Source: Malacoraja senta
Taxonomy: Eukaryota
Direction of reading: 5' to 3'
Length of the DNA stretch: 64,000 bases
Assembly (NCBI GenBank): GCA_038087875.1
Contig: JAXLNO010000174.1
Coordinates: forward strand, 124,001 to 188,000
Under the pieces are notes generated by a model. That model saw only the letters and a list, made by a program, of their open reading frames with translations. It made no database searches and had not been told where the DNA came from. Of this stretch, positions 25,810 to 38,170 are shown piece by piece (position 1 is the first letter of the stretch; each line of letters begins with the position of its first letter). A program made the position numbers and the translations under genes.

Positions 25810-27743
25810 TATGGAGGTAGGTGGGTCTGGTTCCTACCAGCATATAAAAAGTGGGGGAAATGTACTAACAGGGGGGAGATTACACTTGTTCATTGAAGCA
25901 TGGAGGTCTGTCACGAATGATAGTTATATACGGAACAGTATTCGTGGATACAAAATAGAGTTCATTCAAGAAAATGTGCCACCAGTTCAGCATGTACCCC
26001 AAAGGGTCTTTACCCTCTCAGTCAAAAAAAACTAGAGGGTCATGCAGAACTGGCGAGGTTACTTACAAAGGGTATCATTGCGAAATACAAACATGAACCT
26101 TTGGAATTTGTCTCAAATATATTTACCAAAAACAAAAAAGATGGTGCTTGTCGCATCCTCATTGACTTAACCTCACTAAATACTTTTTTTCAGTATGTAC
26201 ATTTCAAAATGGAACCATTTGTAACCGCCAAACAACTGATTTCCAAAGGATACATTATGGCAAGCATTGATTTAAAAGATGCCTACTATACAGTACCCAT
26301 TCAAAAGGGTCATCGCAGATACCTGAAATTTACCTGGATGGGGCAACTATGGCAGTTTAATTCGTTGCCTAATGGGTTAACATCAGCCCCAAGACTATTT
26401 ACCAAGATATTAAAACCAGCCTTGGCAACATTAAGAAAACAGAGACATATTGTCATGGCATAGCTTGATGATATTGTAATAAGAGGCAAAATCATGGAGT
26501 TGGCTAAATCAGCTTTATTAGCTACCAAACAATTTTTGAAACCCTCGGCTTTGTATTACATCCAGATAAATCTAAGTTGACGCCATCCACAGCTATGGAC
26601 TATCTGGGATTCACAAATAACTCAGTCCACATGTCTGTAACATTGCCAAAAGATAAAGCAGCAGAATTGGCACAGACGTGTAATAATTTAATGGCTAGCA
26701 ATCGACCAACCATCCGCCAAGTGGCAAGATTAATTGGCAAAATGGTAGCAGCATTTCCAGCTACACAATTTGGACCCCTGCACTATCAAAACCTACAAAG
26801 GGTAAAAGTACAGGCGTTTAAACGACATGCAGGTCACTTTGACCGAACCATGAAATTATCCATTGAAGCTATATCAGTGTTACAGTAGTGGATAGAGCAC
26901 AGTTGGCATAGTTCCAGCCCTATCATCATCAATAACCCAACATTAACTATACAAACAGATGCCAGTGCTCAAGGCTGGGGAACAACTAATACCATATCCA
27001 GCACAGGTGGTAGATGGACTAACCTTGAATCATCTTTGCTACAAACACAGGGCATTAATTATTTGGAACTGTTGGGTGCGTTTTATGGTTTAAAAACATA
27101 TTCTACGAATATGCACCATTTGCATGTTCGTTTACAAATTTATAATACCACGGTGGTGGCCGATATTAATCATATGGGCGGAATAAAATCGATATCATGT
27201 GACAATTTGGTCAACAAAATCTGGCAATGGTGTGTCGATAGACATATTTGGCTATCAGCAACTTACCTACCAGGTAATCTAAATACAGTGGCAGACACCA
27301 GGTCACGCAAATTCAATGATTGCACCGAATGGATGTTAAATCCTAGACCTTTTGCTAAAATTACAAAGCAATATGGCACACCAGATATCGATCTCTTTGC
27401 ATCCAGACTAAATCACCAGGTACCAATGTATGTCGCTTGGGAACCAGACCATGAGGCAGCAGCGATAGATGCATGCGCGCTCAACTGGGGAAACTATTTA
27501 TTTTATGCTTCCCCCCCCTTCTGCCTCATCAGTAGGGTACTACGCAAAATACAGATGGACTCTGCTTCAGGTATTTTGATAGTACCCTACTGGCCTACAC
27601 AGCCATGGTTCCCAGTGGTCCTCGACATGGTCATCGAAACTCCTATGACCTTTCCCAGTAGCCCAGACCTATTGTCTCACCCGGTATCAGGCATAAGTCA
27701 TCCATGCCATGAGAAAATTAACCTACTGGGATGCGGATTATGA
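25810..27743 (+). pseudogene. DIRS pol (RT, RNase H, DNA N6-adenine methyltransferase-like domain), with stops and frameshifts
   Basis: The YLDD motif is read as TAG-CTT-GAT-GAT at 26461. QTDAS, INYLELLG, IDLFASRLNHQ and YASPPF are present. Confidence 0.88.
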
Positions 27744-28718
27744 AAAGACCAATGCTGGGCCTGGAATTGTCTGACAGGACCATCAACACGATGACAGCGT
27801 CCTACCGTATGTCCACCAGGAAGCAATACCTATCGAGCATCAGGAAGTGGGAAAGATACTGCTCGACTACTGGGACAACATACTCATCTGCAACCATAAC
27901 CAATGTACTGGAGTTCCTGGCTGGCCTTCACCATAATGAAGGACTGAGCTACAGCGCCATCAATACTGCCAGAAGTGCTCTGTCAGCCTACTTAAAACAA
28001 GTACCAGGACAACAGGCCATAGGGTCTCACCCGCTGGTGATCAAACTCATGAGGGGTATATTCAACTCCAACCCCCCTAGACCTAGGTACACCCAAATCT
28101 GGGATGTCAGTGTGGTCCTGACATAACTAAGGGGATGGTCACCAGCCAGGTCTCTCACCCTGGAACAGCTAACCCTGAAAACGGTCATGATGATGGCACT
28201 AGTCTCAACACAAAGAGTCCAGTCCCTCCACTTACTGCGACTGGACAACATGGTTATAATACCAGACCGGGTCTCATTCGCCATTCAGGAGCTGGTAAAG
28301 CAGAGCAGGCCAGGAACTTCAGGCCTAGTTATGGATTTCCGGGCATACCCACCTGACCCACGGTTGTGTGTCACGACTCACCTACTCACTTACATCAGCA
28401 CAACAAGAGATTCCCGAGGGAGAGAAAAAAGCCCTATGGGTCAGCCACAAGAAACCTCATGGTCGGGTGTCGAGCCAAACCATCTCAACATGGCTCAAGC
28501 AGGTACTGGGAGCTGCTGGAGTAGATACTGACGTATATACATCTCACTCCACCAGGGCAGTATCCACATCGGCGGCTAAAAGGATGGACGTACCACTGGA
28601 CCACATCCTGGCTACAGCGGGGTGGACCATGGAGAAAACGTTCCAAACGTTCAACAACAAGCCGCTAGCAGAACCTGTGTTATTTGCAGAAAGAGTATTA
28701 GAATCTGCAAATATATAA
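27731..28718 (+). pseudogene. DIRS tyrosine recombinase, disrupted
   Basis: Stop at 28124 and a frameshift near 28430. The R and HxxR motifs are present; the expected catalytic Tyr position reads FQTFNNK. Confidence 0.87.
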
Positions 28719-28915
28719 TTTAAGCCCGGGGGAGCATTTTTCTTTTATTATTGTTTAATAAACACCATTATTTTTTACAAACAGATTCATGGTTGATTAC
28801 GATAACATACTTCCTCCCTTGAATGACTTCGGCAGCGAGTGAAGTATGAACTGTTACACGGTTTGAAATCACAGAGCTTTAAAATCTTCACGTAGTCACT
28901 CACGTGACTCCGAAG

Positions 28916-29224
28916 TAAAATAGTAAGATTAAACGAGAACTTACCAGTTTGAAGTTTGATCTGTATTTTATGAGGAGTTAGGCTGAGGGATTACGTGCCC
29001 TCCGCTCCCACCCTCAATTATAGAGATCAACTGGTATCTTAGTTGTCCTTTTCTTTACTATGTTTATGTCAATTATTGTGTTTCCTGTGATTCCACACCT
29101 TTGCTTTGAAGTATGTCGCGCATGCGTGCTGGACGGGTTCTTCACGTAATCCCTCATCGTAACTCCTCATAAAATACAGATCAAACTGCAAACTGGTAAG
29201 TTCTCGTTTAATCTTACTATTTTA
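28916..29224. repeat. DIRS 3' terminal inverted repeat (ICR/ITR-type): arms 28916-28997 and 29143-29224
   Basis: TAAAATAGTAAGATTAAACGAGAACTTACCAGTTTG...GAGGGATTACGTG and its reverse complement, ~82 bp with about 3 mismatches. Mirror copy at ~3173-3479. Confidence 0.9.
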
Positions 29225-30169
29225 GTGGGCTCACGTGAAGGTACCAATCTCCTAGCCCTGTCCCATTGTGATGTCATATCATAGGTAAATGAGATCCATT
29301 GTGATTGGACATCTGTGAGATGGCCTTGTGACTCATGCAGGAGCTTGATTTTAAATAGTTTTGATGTTTTTAACTAAAAAAGCAGGGAAATTAATAACCA
29401 AATGTTCTATTTTTAAAAAAATGTGGAGGAGGAAAACTCTACAGGAATATGTAAAAATGTCTCCGTTACGACAAAGGTTGGAGGAGTAAATTCACAAACA
29501 GCTTAAACGAATTTTCGCGAAATAGAAACCGTTACAAACAGACGAACGACAGTTTTAATAGTTACTAGACCAAGTGCAGACAAGTTTGGTCTGTGCCTCC
29601 AACGCGCGTTTGCAGGGGAGGGAATGGGCCTGCGGCGTCACACCATGGGGAGATAGAGAGAGAGGGGAGAGAGATAGAGGGGGTGGAGAGAGAGAGGGAG
29701 GGAGAGAGAGATGGAGAGAGAGAGGGAGTGAGGGGGTGCGAGAGAGAGAGAGAGAAGAGAGAGGAGAAAGTGAGAGTAGAGACACGTGTGTGAGAGCCGC
29801 CGATCTGCGTCACTGCCTATCCGCTTACTCGCAAGCCGATGCAAAGCCAATTTAAGTTTAGTTCAGTGGATCAAATAAGCGCGACGTTTTTAAACAGTTA
29901 TGCAATAATCTTTTCAAAAATAATTATTCATAAATAAATATTGAAAACATCGTCTACGTTTGGAAAAAAAGAACAGCGTTTACCTTTTGGAAAAAAAGTC
30001 TAAACCGAAATAATGAATGTAATCAAAAATAAAAAGATTTTCAAAACACACGTGTCAAATAAAAAATAAGAAAACGGCAGAAATCCAGCGTTTAGATCGA
30101 ACGTTTAGATGGTAATGGGTTCCCAGCGGGCAACGCGAGCGAGCTGTATATAACGGGCGTCAACAGATG

Positions 30170-32937
30170 ATGGGAGGTGCGATCAGGGGATGTGAGAGCG
30201 GTGGAGAGAGAGGTAGGGGAAGGGAGGGGAGAGACGGGAAGGCGGATGGTGAGAGGGTGGTGAATGGGGGCAGAGGGGGGGTACGAGAAAAGGGGAAGAG
30301 TGGGAAGGGAGGGGGTGAATGGTTGGGGGGGTGTTGGAAGGGGAGTGAGGGATGCGAGAGGGGCAGGGAGGTGGAGGGAGGGGGAAGGGGTGAGGGGATG
30401 ATGGAAAAGGGTGATGAGAGAGGGGTGGATGAGGGGTGTGGAGGGAGGGGTGTGGAGAGAGGGGTGAGGAGAGAGAGCTTAGGAGAGAGGGGTGCGGAAA
30501 GAGAGGTGAGGAGAGAGGGGTGAGGAGAGAAGCGTGAGGAGAGACGAATGAGGGTAATAGGGAATGGGGAGCGAGGGGGGAGGAGGGATGCGGATGGAGA
30601 GAGCGGAGAGGGGAGAGGAGAGAGCGGTGCGAAGAGGTGGGAGGATATGGGGAGGAGAGGGCTGAGGAGTGAGGGGGGCGGGGGAGGAGAAGGGAGCAGG
30701 AGGGTAGAGGGGAGATAGGGGGGAGGGGGTTAAGATGGGGAGAGAGTGGGGAGGTTGGGGAGGGAAGGGGATGGGGGGAGGTAGAGAGAGGAGGATGGGG
30801 ACGGGAGGAGAGCAGGGATGGGAAGGGGCGAGGCGGCGGAGAGAGGTGGGAGGAAGGGAGGGAGGGAGGGAGGAGAAGAGGGAGAGTTGAAGGTGGGTGA
30901 GGGGGTTGGGTGAGAGAGTGGGGAGGGGGAGAGGGAGATGGGGAGGGATTGGGGAAGGGAAGGTGGAGGGAGAGGGAGGTATAGGGAGGGAGAGGAGGAT
31001 TGGGGCGGAAGGATGTGTGGGGGATGGGCAGGAGCGCGGGGAGGGGAGGGCGGAAGGAGTAAGGATGGGTTAGGGGGGAAGAGTGGGGACTGTGTAGGGG
31101 GGCGCATGGGAATAGTGGGTTGGGAGGGGGTGAAGGGTTGGGGGATGTGTGGTAGGGGTGAGAGAGATGGGGGGAGGGGCAGGATGAGGGATAAGGGGAG
31201 AGGGGTGAAGAGAGAGGGAGATGGAGAGGGGTGATGAGAGACGGGTGGGAGATGGGATAGGGAAGAGGGTGACGAGAGAGGGTCGAGGAGAGAGACCTGA
31301 GGAGAGAGGGTGAGGATAGAGAGGTGAGGAGAGAGGGTTAGGAGTGAGGGGTGAGTAGAGAGTGATGAGGGAATAGGGAATGGGGGAGTGAGGGAGTGGA
31401 GAGGAGGGTGGGAGAGAGGGGTGAGGAGGGAGGGGTGAGGAGAGGGGGAGCCGATGGGTGAGGAGAGATGGGGAGGGAACGTGGGGACAGGGAGGGAGCG
31501 GGAGGGGAGATAAGGAGTGAGAGGGATAAGGGCGAGATAATGTGGAGGAGAGCGGTGGGGAGGGGGAGGGGGATGGGGGTGGGTGCACGATGAGGATGGG
31601 GGGAGGGGAAGAGAGCAGGGATGGTGAAGGGGGAGACAGGGGTAGAAGGGGAGATGGGTGTGGAGAACGGGAGATGGAGAGGAGTGATGAGAGAGGGTGA
31701 TGAGAGATGGGTGAGGAGAGAGGGGTGGATAGGGGTGAGGAGAGAGTTGTCGGGAGAGCGGGGTGAGGGAGAGTGGTGAGGAGAGAGTTTTGAGGAGAGA
31801 GTGGTGAGGAGAGTGGAGTGAGGAGAATGGTGAGGTGAGAGGGGTGAGGAGAGAGATGTGAGGAGAGAGGGGTGAGTGGAATGGGGGGAGAAAGGGGTGA
31901 TGAGAGGGGGAGGGGTAACGAGAGAGGGGTGGGTAGAAGGTTGAGGAGAGTAGGGTCGGGAGAGACGGGTGATGAGAGAGTGGTGAGGAGAGAGTGGTGA
32001 GGAGAGAGGGGTGAGAATAGAGGGGTGAGGGGAATGGAGGGAGAAAGGGGTGGGAAGTGAGGGAGCGGCGAGAGGGGTGAGGAGAGAGTGGGAGAGAAGA
32101 GTGAGGAGAGAGGGGTGAGGGGAGAGGAGAGAGGGATGAGGAGAGAGGGGTGATGAGAGGGAGAGGGGGGAGGAGAGAGGGGGAGAGACGGGGGAGAGGG
32201 TTGGAGCCGGAGGGAAGAGAGGGGGGTGCGGGGTTAGATGGGATGAGAGTGGGGAGTGGGAGAAGAGGGGAGGGAAGAGGAGGGGGAAGGGAGAGAGGAG
32301 GATGGGGAGGGGAGGAGAGCGGGGATGTTGAAGAGGGAGACAGGGTAGATGGGGGAGAGTGGTGAGGATAGGGGGAGATGGAGAGGAGGAGGCGAGAGGG
32401 GCGATGAGAGAGGGGTGAGGAGTGAGGGGTGCGGATAAAGGGCTGAGGAGAGAGGGGGAGAGAGGAGTGAGGAGAGCGGAGTGAGAAGAGAGGGGGCGAG
32501 AGGAGTGAGGAGTGAGGAGAGAGCGGTGTGGAGCGAGGGGTGAGGAGAGCGGGAGGAGAGGGGGTGAGGAGAGAGGGGAGAAGGGGGGAGCGGGATGGAG
32601 CAGGAGGGAGGTGAGGGGGGGGTAAGGTGGGGAGGTGGAGGAGATGGGAGGGAAGGAGGACGGGCGGGAGTGGAGGTTGAGGATGGGTGGAAGGGACGGA
32701 GAGAGGGGAGGGTGAAGGGGGAGACGGGTAGATGGAGAGAGGGTTGAGCAGAGGTGGAGATGGAGGAGGAGGTGAGAGGGGTGATGAGAGAGGGGTGAGG
32801 ACAGAGGGGTATGGAGAGGGGTGAGGAAAGAGCGATGAGAAGAGAGGGGTGAGGTGTGAGGAGAGGGGTGAGGGGAGAGGGGTGAGGAGAGAGGGGGTGA
32901 GAGAGGGGGAGGAGAAGAGGGTGAGGAGAGAGGGGTG
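30170..32937 (+). repeat. Purine/G-rich low-complexity tract with degenerate GAGGAGAGAGGGGT units
   Basis: Almost entirely G/A on the plus strand; the Pro/Ser/Leu-rich ORFs here are compositional. Confidence 0.9.
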
Positions 32938-33554
32938 ATCACGCGCTTCGACACAGGTGGTGGGGGGCGGGGCTGGGACTGGAGCAAATGGCCGAATGGC
33001 CTACTCCTGCACGTTTTTTTAAAATGTTTATATGTTCAAAGGCATATGTAAACGGGTTCCATTGCGATTGGTCATCTGTGAGGGTTGGCATTGTGACATC
33101 ACACAATGGAACGTGCTGCGACATCGGGCGTGGGAGGCGTGGCTGGGGCTGGGGCATAGGCATATGTAAGTGAATCCATTCCGATTGGACATCTGTGAGC
33201 ATTGGCCATTGTGAAATCACACGATGGAACGTTCACCGACATTCTATGGGTGAGAGCTGTTTGATTGTTTTTAACATTTTGAAAAGTTTAAAGATTTTTA
33301 CCGAAAAAGCAGGGAAAGGTTGAACCGGATGTTCTAATATTAGAAAAACTATGAGGAGGAGGAAAAACCCTCAGGGGTTATGTACAAAAAAAAGTGCACA
33401 TTTTGAGGGAGGAGATTCATATACGGCTTAAACAAATATTCGCGAATTAGAACACAACACCAACAAACGCAGTTTTAATAGTTACTAGACTATTTGCAGG
33501 GTGGGTTGATGCGGCTTCACACGCACACTAACCACCACCACCCCACACACACAG

Positions 33555-33688
33555 GGGGGGGGGCGTGGAGGAGACAGGGAGAGGGCGAAGGAGACGGGGG
33601 TGATGAGGGGGAGGAGATGGGGATAGATTGGGAATGGAGAGGAGATGGGGAGGGAGAGAGAGGGATGGGGAGGGAAGCGGCGAGTGGG

Positions 33689-33781
<93 letters not shown>

Positions 33782-35280
33782 CAGAGAGGATGGAAAGGAG
33801 TGCAGGGTGGCGGAGAGGGAGTGGGAGGAGAGCGGGAGGGCAGAAAGGGGGGAAAGGTGTGAGGGGATGTTAGAGGTGGATAGAGGGGATGAGTGGAAGG
33901 GGAGAGGAGCAGAGGGTAGAGAGGAAGAGAGGGAGGGAGGAAAGAAGTGAGGTGTGGAGGGAGAGGGGAAGAGTGGGATGAGGGGCAGAGGTGGTGCCGG
34001 GAGTGGTGCAAGAGAGAGGGGAAGGGTGTGGGGGGAAGATGGAGGTGAAGAGGGGTGGTAAGGGGGAGAGATGGGGTGGGAGGATGGAGAGGGGTGAGGA
34101 GAGAGGGGGTAGAGTGGTGGGAGGGGGAGAGCGGAGAGAGGGGGAAGATTGGGGAGGGAGAGGGAAGGGAGGACGGGGAGAGAGGGGTGGGGGAGGGAGA
34201 TGGGGAGGCATGGAGGGAGATAAGTGGAAGAATGGGAAGGGAGAGGGAGAGGTGAAGGGGGGAGTGGCGAAAGTGGGAGACAGGGAAGGGGAGGGGGTAG
34301 GGGAGTGGTTGAAGAGGGAGAGAGGGGCAGGGGGAGGGGGTCGGGGGAGAGAGGGAGGGGGAGGGAGGCAATGGTGTGGGTGAAGGGAGGAGAGGGTGGA
34401 ATAGTGGGGATGGAGGGGGAGAGTGGTAGGTGGAGTGGTGGAAGAGGGACAGAGGGGTAGGAGTGAGGGGAGAGAGGGGAGGGAGGGGGTTGGGTGGGTG
34501 GGCTAAGGGGGGGAGAAGTGGAAGAGTGGGGTGGGCGGCGTAGAGGGGGGTGGGGGTAGGGGTATGGTGGTAGTGGGTCAGATGGGTAGGGGAAGGGTGC
34601 GGGCGGAGAGAGGGAAGGGGGTGGAGTAGAGAGGGATGGGGGTTCGGGGATAGAGGGATTGGGTGGGATGAGGAGGGGAGGAGAGGGAGAGGGGTGAGGA
34701 GAGGGCGAAGGAGAGGGAGGGAGATGGGGAGGAGAGAAAGGTGGGGGAGTGAAGGAGAGAGGGGAGGGGGGGAGAGATGTGCGGGAGGGGGGAGGGAGGC
34801 GAGGAGGGAGCTGGGGTAGAGGGTAGAGGGGGAAGAGTGTAGATGGAGGGGAACGAGTTCGGAGGGGGTTGGAGGTGGAGGAGAGAGGGAAGGGGTGGAA
34901 GAGGGTAGGGAGGTGGGAGGGGGGTTGGGGGAGAGAGGTAAGGTGGTGGGAGAGGGGGTTGGCGGAGAGAGGGAAGTGGGAGGGGGCGTGAAGGGGGGAG
35001 ATGGAAGTGTGGTGGGGAGAGCGGGATGGGGGTGTGAGGAGGAGGGTGAGGAGGGAGAGCGTGAGCGTGAGGAGAGGGAGGGAGATGGGGAGGAGAGAGG
35101 GATGGGGAGGGGGAGAGAGGGATGGGGGAGAGGGAGAGAGGTGTGGGGGAAGGTGGGAGGGAGGAGAGGAAGGGAGATGGGGTAGGGGAGGGAGGAGGGG
35201 AGTGTGGAGGGACGGGGAGAGGGGTGGGTGGAGAGAGGGGAAATAGTGGGGAGGGAGAGGGGAAGGGGGAGGGGTAGGAA
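33555..35280 (+). repeat. Purine/G-rich low-complexity tract including (GA)n at ~33692-33783
   Basis: Read directly. Confidence 0.9.
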
Positions 35281-35690
35281 TAGTCCGTCTGTTCCCCATT
35301 CCCTATCACACCCAATTCGCTTTCTCTATTCCCACACACGTGACGACGCGCTTCGACACTGGCTGTGGGGATGGGGGGAGGGGCTGGGGCTGGGGCTGCT
35401 GCAAAAGCATATGTAAATGGATCCATTCCGATTGGACATTTGTGAGCATTGGGCATTGTGATATCACACGACGGAACCGTCACTAACATTCTATGGCTGA
35501 GAGCTGTTTTTTCTAACTTTTTGGGGGTGGCGTGGGGAGAAGGCTTGTATTTAAAATGTGTACATAACCACGACGAAATTTAATCAGGAGTGGCTACTCG
35601 TAAGAAAAGTTAAATCTCTAGCGAAATGGAAAAAATCTGCATGCAGTGTTGGCTGAGAGCGGTATCAAAGGCTGGCTGGCACAAGTCAAG

Positions 35691-35728
35691 CACACGCACA
35701 CACACACACACACACACACCACACACAC

Positions 35729-35820
<92 letters not shown>

Positions 35821-35840
35821 GCAGGCACGCAGGCACGCAG

Positions 35841-35913
<73 letters not shown>
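35691..35913 (+). repeat. Compound (CA)n/(CG)n/(GCAC)n microsatellite
   Basis: Read directly. Confidence 0.95.
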
Positions 35914-35917
<4 letters not shown>

Positions 35918-35974
35918 TTTAAATATAGATAGATAGATAGATATATAGATAAGGTAAGATAAGATAAGATAAGA

Positions 35975-36559
35975 AAGATGAGGACTCTGCAGTGAAGGTC
36001 AGATATATTGCAAATGCATGACCAGTATTGGCCAGCTGAGGGGCTGTAAATACTGTTAATAATGTTGCAAGGTGTTTGTGCGGCTGTTTGACGATTGGCT
36101 GAAGTGTACAGCATTATTTGAATTGTTTATAATACTACCTGGGAAAATGTTGCATAACTTGGTCAAATGACTTCCTTCCAGAAGCTTCTGTAGAAACATT
36201 GTATGGTGTACATTGTAATTGGGTCGGGGAACTGTCAATTACTGCATAAGGTGACCAATATGTGTGATTAGCTTGCAGGGGTTGCCCCGCACCCCCTTGT
36301 AGTTCTGCCCCACAGGTTCCGGTGACCTATAAAAATGTAACCCCACGGGATCGTCGTCGATCTTCCGTAGAGGCGGTTAATACTGGAAGTTTAGCGAGAC
36401 TGAATGGCTTGAACAAGCAGAGACGAGGATCGATTCCCGGTGGTTAGATATTGTATAGGGAGTTCATTGTTGTTTAAAAAAATAAAGATTAATGGCCCAG
36501 TGATTTACTTTTTTATCTGAACTAGTCTACGGGCCGAAAGATTTTGGAGCAAAATTACA
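35975..36559 (+). mobile_element. ERV 5' LTR (its 5' start is lost at the microsatellite/Helitron-like junction)
   Basis: Direct repeat of ~46938-47490. TATAAAA at ~36328, AATAAA at 36481, and it ends ...TTACA immediately before the PBS. Confidence 0.85.
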
Positions 36560-36560
36560 T

Positions 36561-36578
36561 TGGGGGCTAGTCCGGGAT
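36561..36578 (+). promoter_or_regulatory. Primer binding site, tRNA-Pro
   Basis: TGGGGGCTAGTCCGGGAT has one mismatch to the MLV-type tRNA-Pro PBS TGGGGGCTCGTCCGGGAT and lies 1 nt after the LTR-terminal CA. Confidence 0.9.
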
Positions 36579-38170
36579 CTCAACGGATCCCAAGACCATA
36601 GTTTGCGATCGGGGTGTGAGCTCTACCAGATTGCGAGGGAAGAAATCGGCGCCACGCTGCGATTTTCGCATCGGTTTTCCCACTTCGCTAGTCGGAGAAG
36701 ATGGCGTATTCGCGCGCTTGTGTTGGGGTTTCCAACGAGATCTGCAAACAGTAGTCTAGCAAGCATCCTTGCCTTTTTGGGTGAAAGGCCCTTCAGAATT
36801 AGTCAAAAGCCATTGCAAAATCCAAAAGTCATGTATCATTAAGTTTGCCTGACATCCAAAAGGTAGCTGAGAGGTTTGGGGCCTTGCCCGGACTGGGAGA
36901 GATATCCGATTGGCTCGGTATTTGAATGTACAGGACTGTGTCGGTGCAAGTATTACTCGTTGCTGAGGTTACAAATTGGAAAGCACTTTAAAGATTGGCA
37001 TCGACTTCCAGCGTAAAGCGAACACGCGCTGACGCCCAGTGCCAAGCAGGTAGATTGGAAGAAGCCTTTAGACTTCCCCTGTGTGAGTGGTACCTGGAAC
37101 TTTGAAAATAAGAGGGAGGCGCCTCGTAAATGTACCGGGAACTCAATGGTTAAAGTGTAATTGACAGAAAGTATTTTTAACCAATCCTGAGAATTTAAAT
37201 AAAGACGTTTGTTTAAAATTTTTAATTGAAACTTACGTACTAAAAAGTCAATTCGATAAGAAAAGAACGATCTGAAAATGTTTCGATCTAAATTAACAAA
37301 ATTCAGGGCCTGATATTGAGGTGCTGGCTTGTTCTTATTCCATGCTACCATATTGGGAGCTGGATTTTTTAAACTGTATATATTTTATTCAAGGTTACAT
37401 TCTGTATAATAAATACTTAGTTGAAATTGTTAATAGATATGATTTGTGAAGCTGTATTTTAAGGTGTATTCAAGATTTGCCGTTGTCTCATTGTATTTAC
37501 CGTGTATTGCTTTAGATTTAAAGTTTGAATGTTAGATACACTGTTGCAATAGTGGTTTAAATCGACTGTATAAGAACATAGTTTGATTGGGACAGTTATT
37601 ATAATTGTAGTCCGTCTCGTGGCTGTTCAACCAGGGGTTCGTATCCTTCCAATCGCTGTGTCGAGGTGGTTGTTCAGTTGGTTGAAAACACCACGACGAG
37701 GGATTAAAATATACTGTGATTTCCCTTTGGAACTGTACAGTTAACGACTGTGATATTAGACGAATGCTTGTATTTATGTAGCAGTTGGCTTTATATAATT
37801 GTAATACATGGTACAATTTCTTGACTGTGTACGATTTTGCTCTCGTGTTTGGAGCTCTTTGGCATGTGTTTGGATTTCTGTTGCTTTGGGTGAAGGAAAC
37901 TTCCTGCGGATGCATGTTTGATTGTGTTTGACTGCTTGATTGTTCACTGGAGCACCTTATCCTTTTGACGATTGAGGATTGATAAATTGCTGTAGTTGAA
38001 ATTGTGTGGTTTTGTGGTAGACTGTAGAGGAATTTGTGTACGCGATTGAAATGATTGTTTGTGCGATTGTGTTGTGAGAAGTGCGAAACATTTTACGCGT
38101 TACGGAGCCTTTGGCCATTGTTCGGGAGCGAGTTTGTTAAGTCTAGAGATTGCGAGAGAAGTGTGAATGG

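Larger units (their letters stand above)
25170..29240 (+). mobile_element. DIRS1-like tyrosine-recombinase retrotransposon, 5'-truncated within gag
   Basis: Gag-like 25170-25808 (PENFSSLNVPAVNSQTW...LLFGKDL). RT (GGRLHLFIEAW, SIDLKDAYY, LPNGLTSAPRLFTK), RNase H/MT 27036-27743, YR 27731-28718 (RSALS, STQRVQSL, SHSTR, TAGW) and a terminal inverted structure. Confidence 0.93.
1916..30478. repeat. Giant inverted repeat (fold-back palindrome): arms 1916-~16040 and ~16290-30478, spacer ~250 bp
   Basis: Identical or near-identical ORFs on opposite strands: 9187-9453 vs 22912-23178, 13688-13912 vs 18426-18650, 3673-4029 vs 28368-28718. The left arm starts exactly at the gap edge and carries many extra 1-bp deletions. 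Confidence 0.97.
29241..35929 (-). mobile_element. Head-to-tail array of non-autonomous Helitron-like units (35929-33485, 33484-29565, 29564-~29241 truncated)
   Basis: The 5' end is TCTATATTTAAAACTCTG followed by (TG)n. Both junctions read GTCTAG|TAACTATTAAAACTG on the minus strand. An imperfect hairpin CAGACCAAACTTGTCTG precedes the CTAG at 29565. The units share a core (CACAGATGTCCAATC..AATGGAT). Confidence 0.6.

Noticed and set aside
31338..35489. Long Pro/Ser/Leu-rich and Gly/Glu/Arg-rich ORFs (549 aa, 604 aa, etc.)
   Set aside because: Stop-free by composition in purine/pyrimidine-skewed low-complexity DNA; no domain content.
35610..36114. CVCV/HTHT ORFs (also 62093-62393)
   Set aside because: Translation of (CA)n/(TG)n microsatellites.
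36953..37915. Antisense ORFs (132 and 127 aa) in the ERV leader
   Set aside because: No recognisable motifs; lengths compatible with chance.
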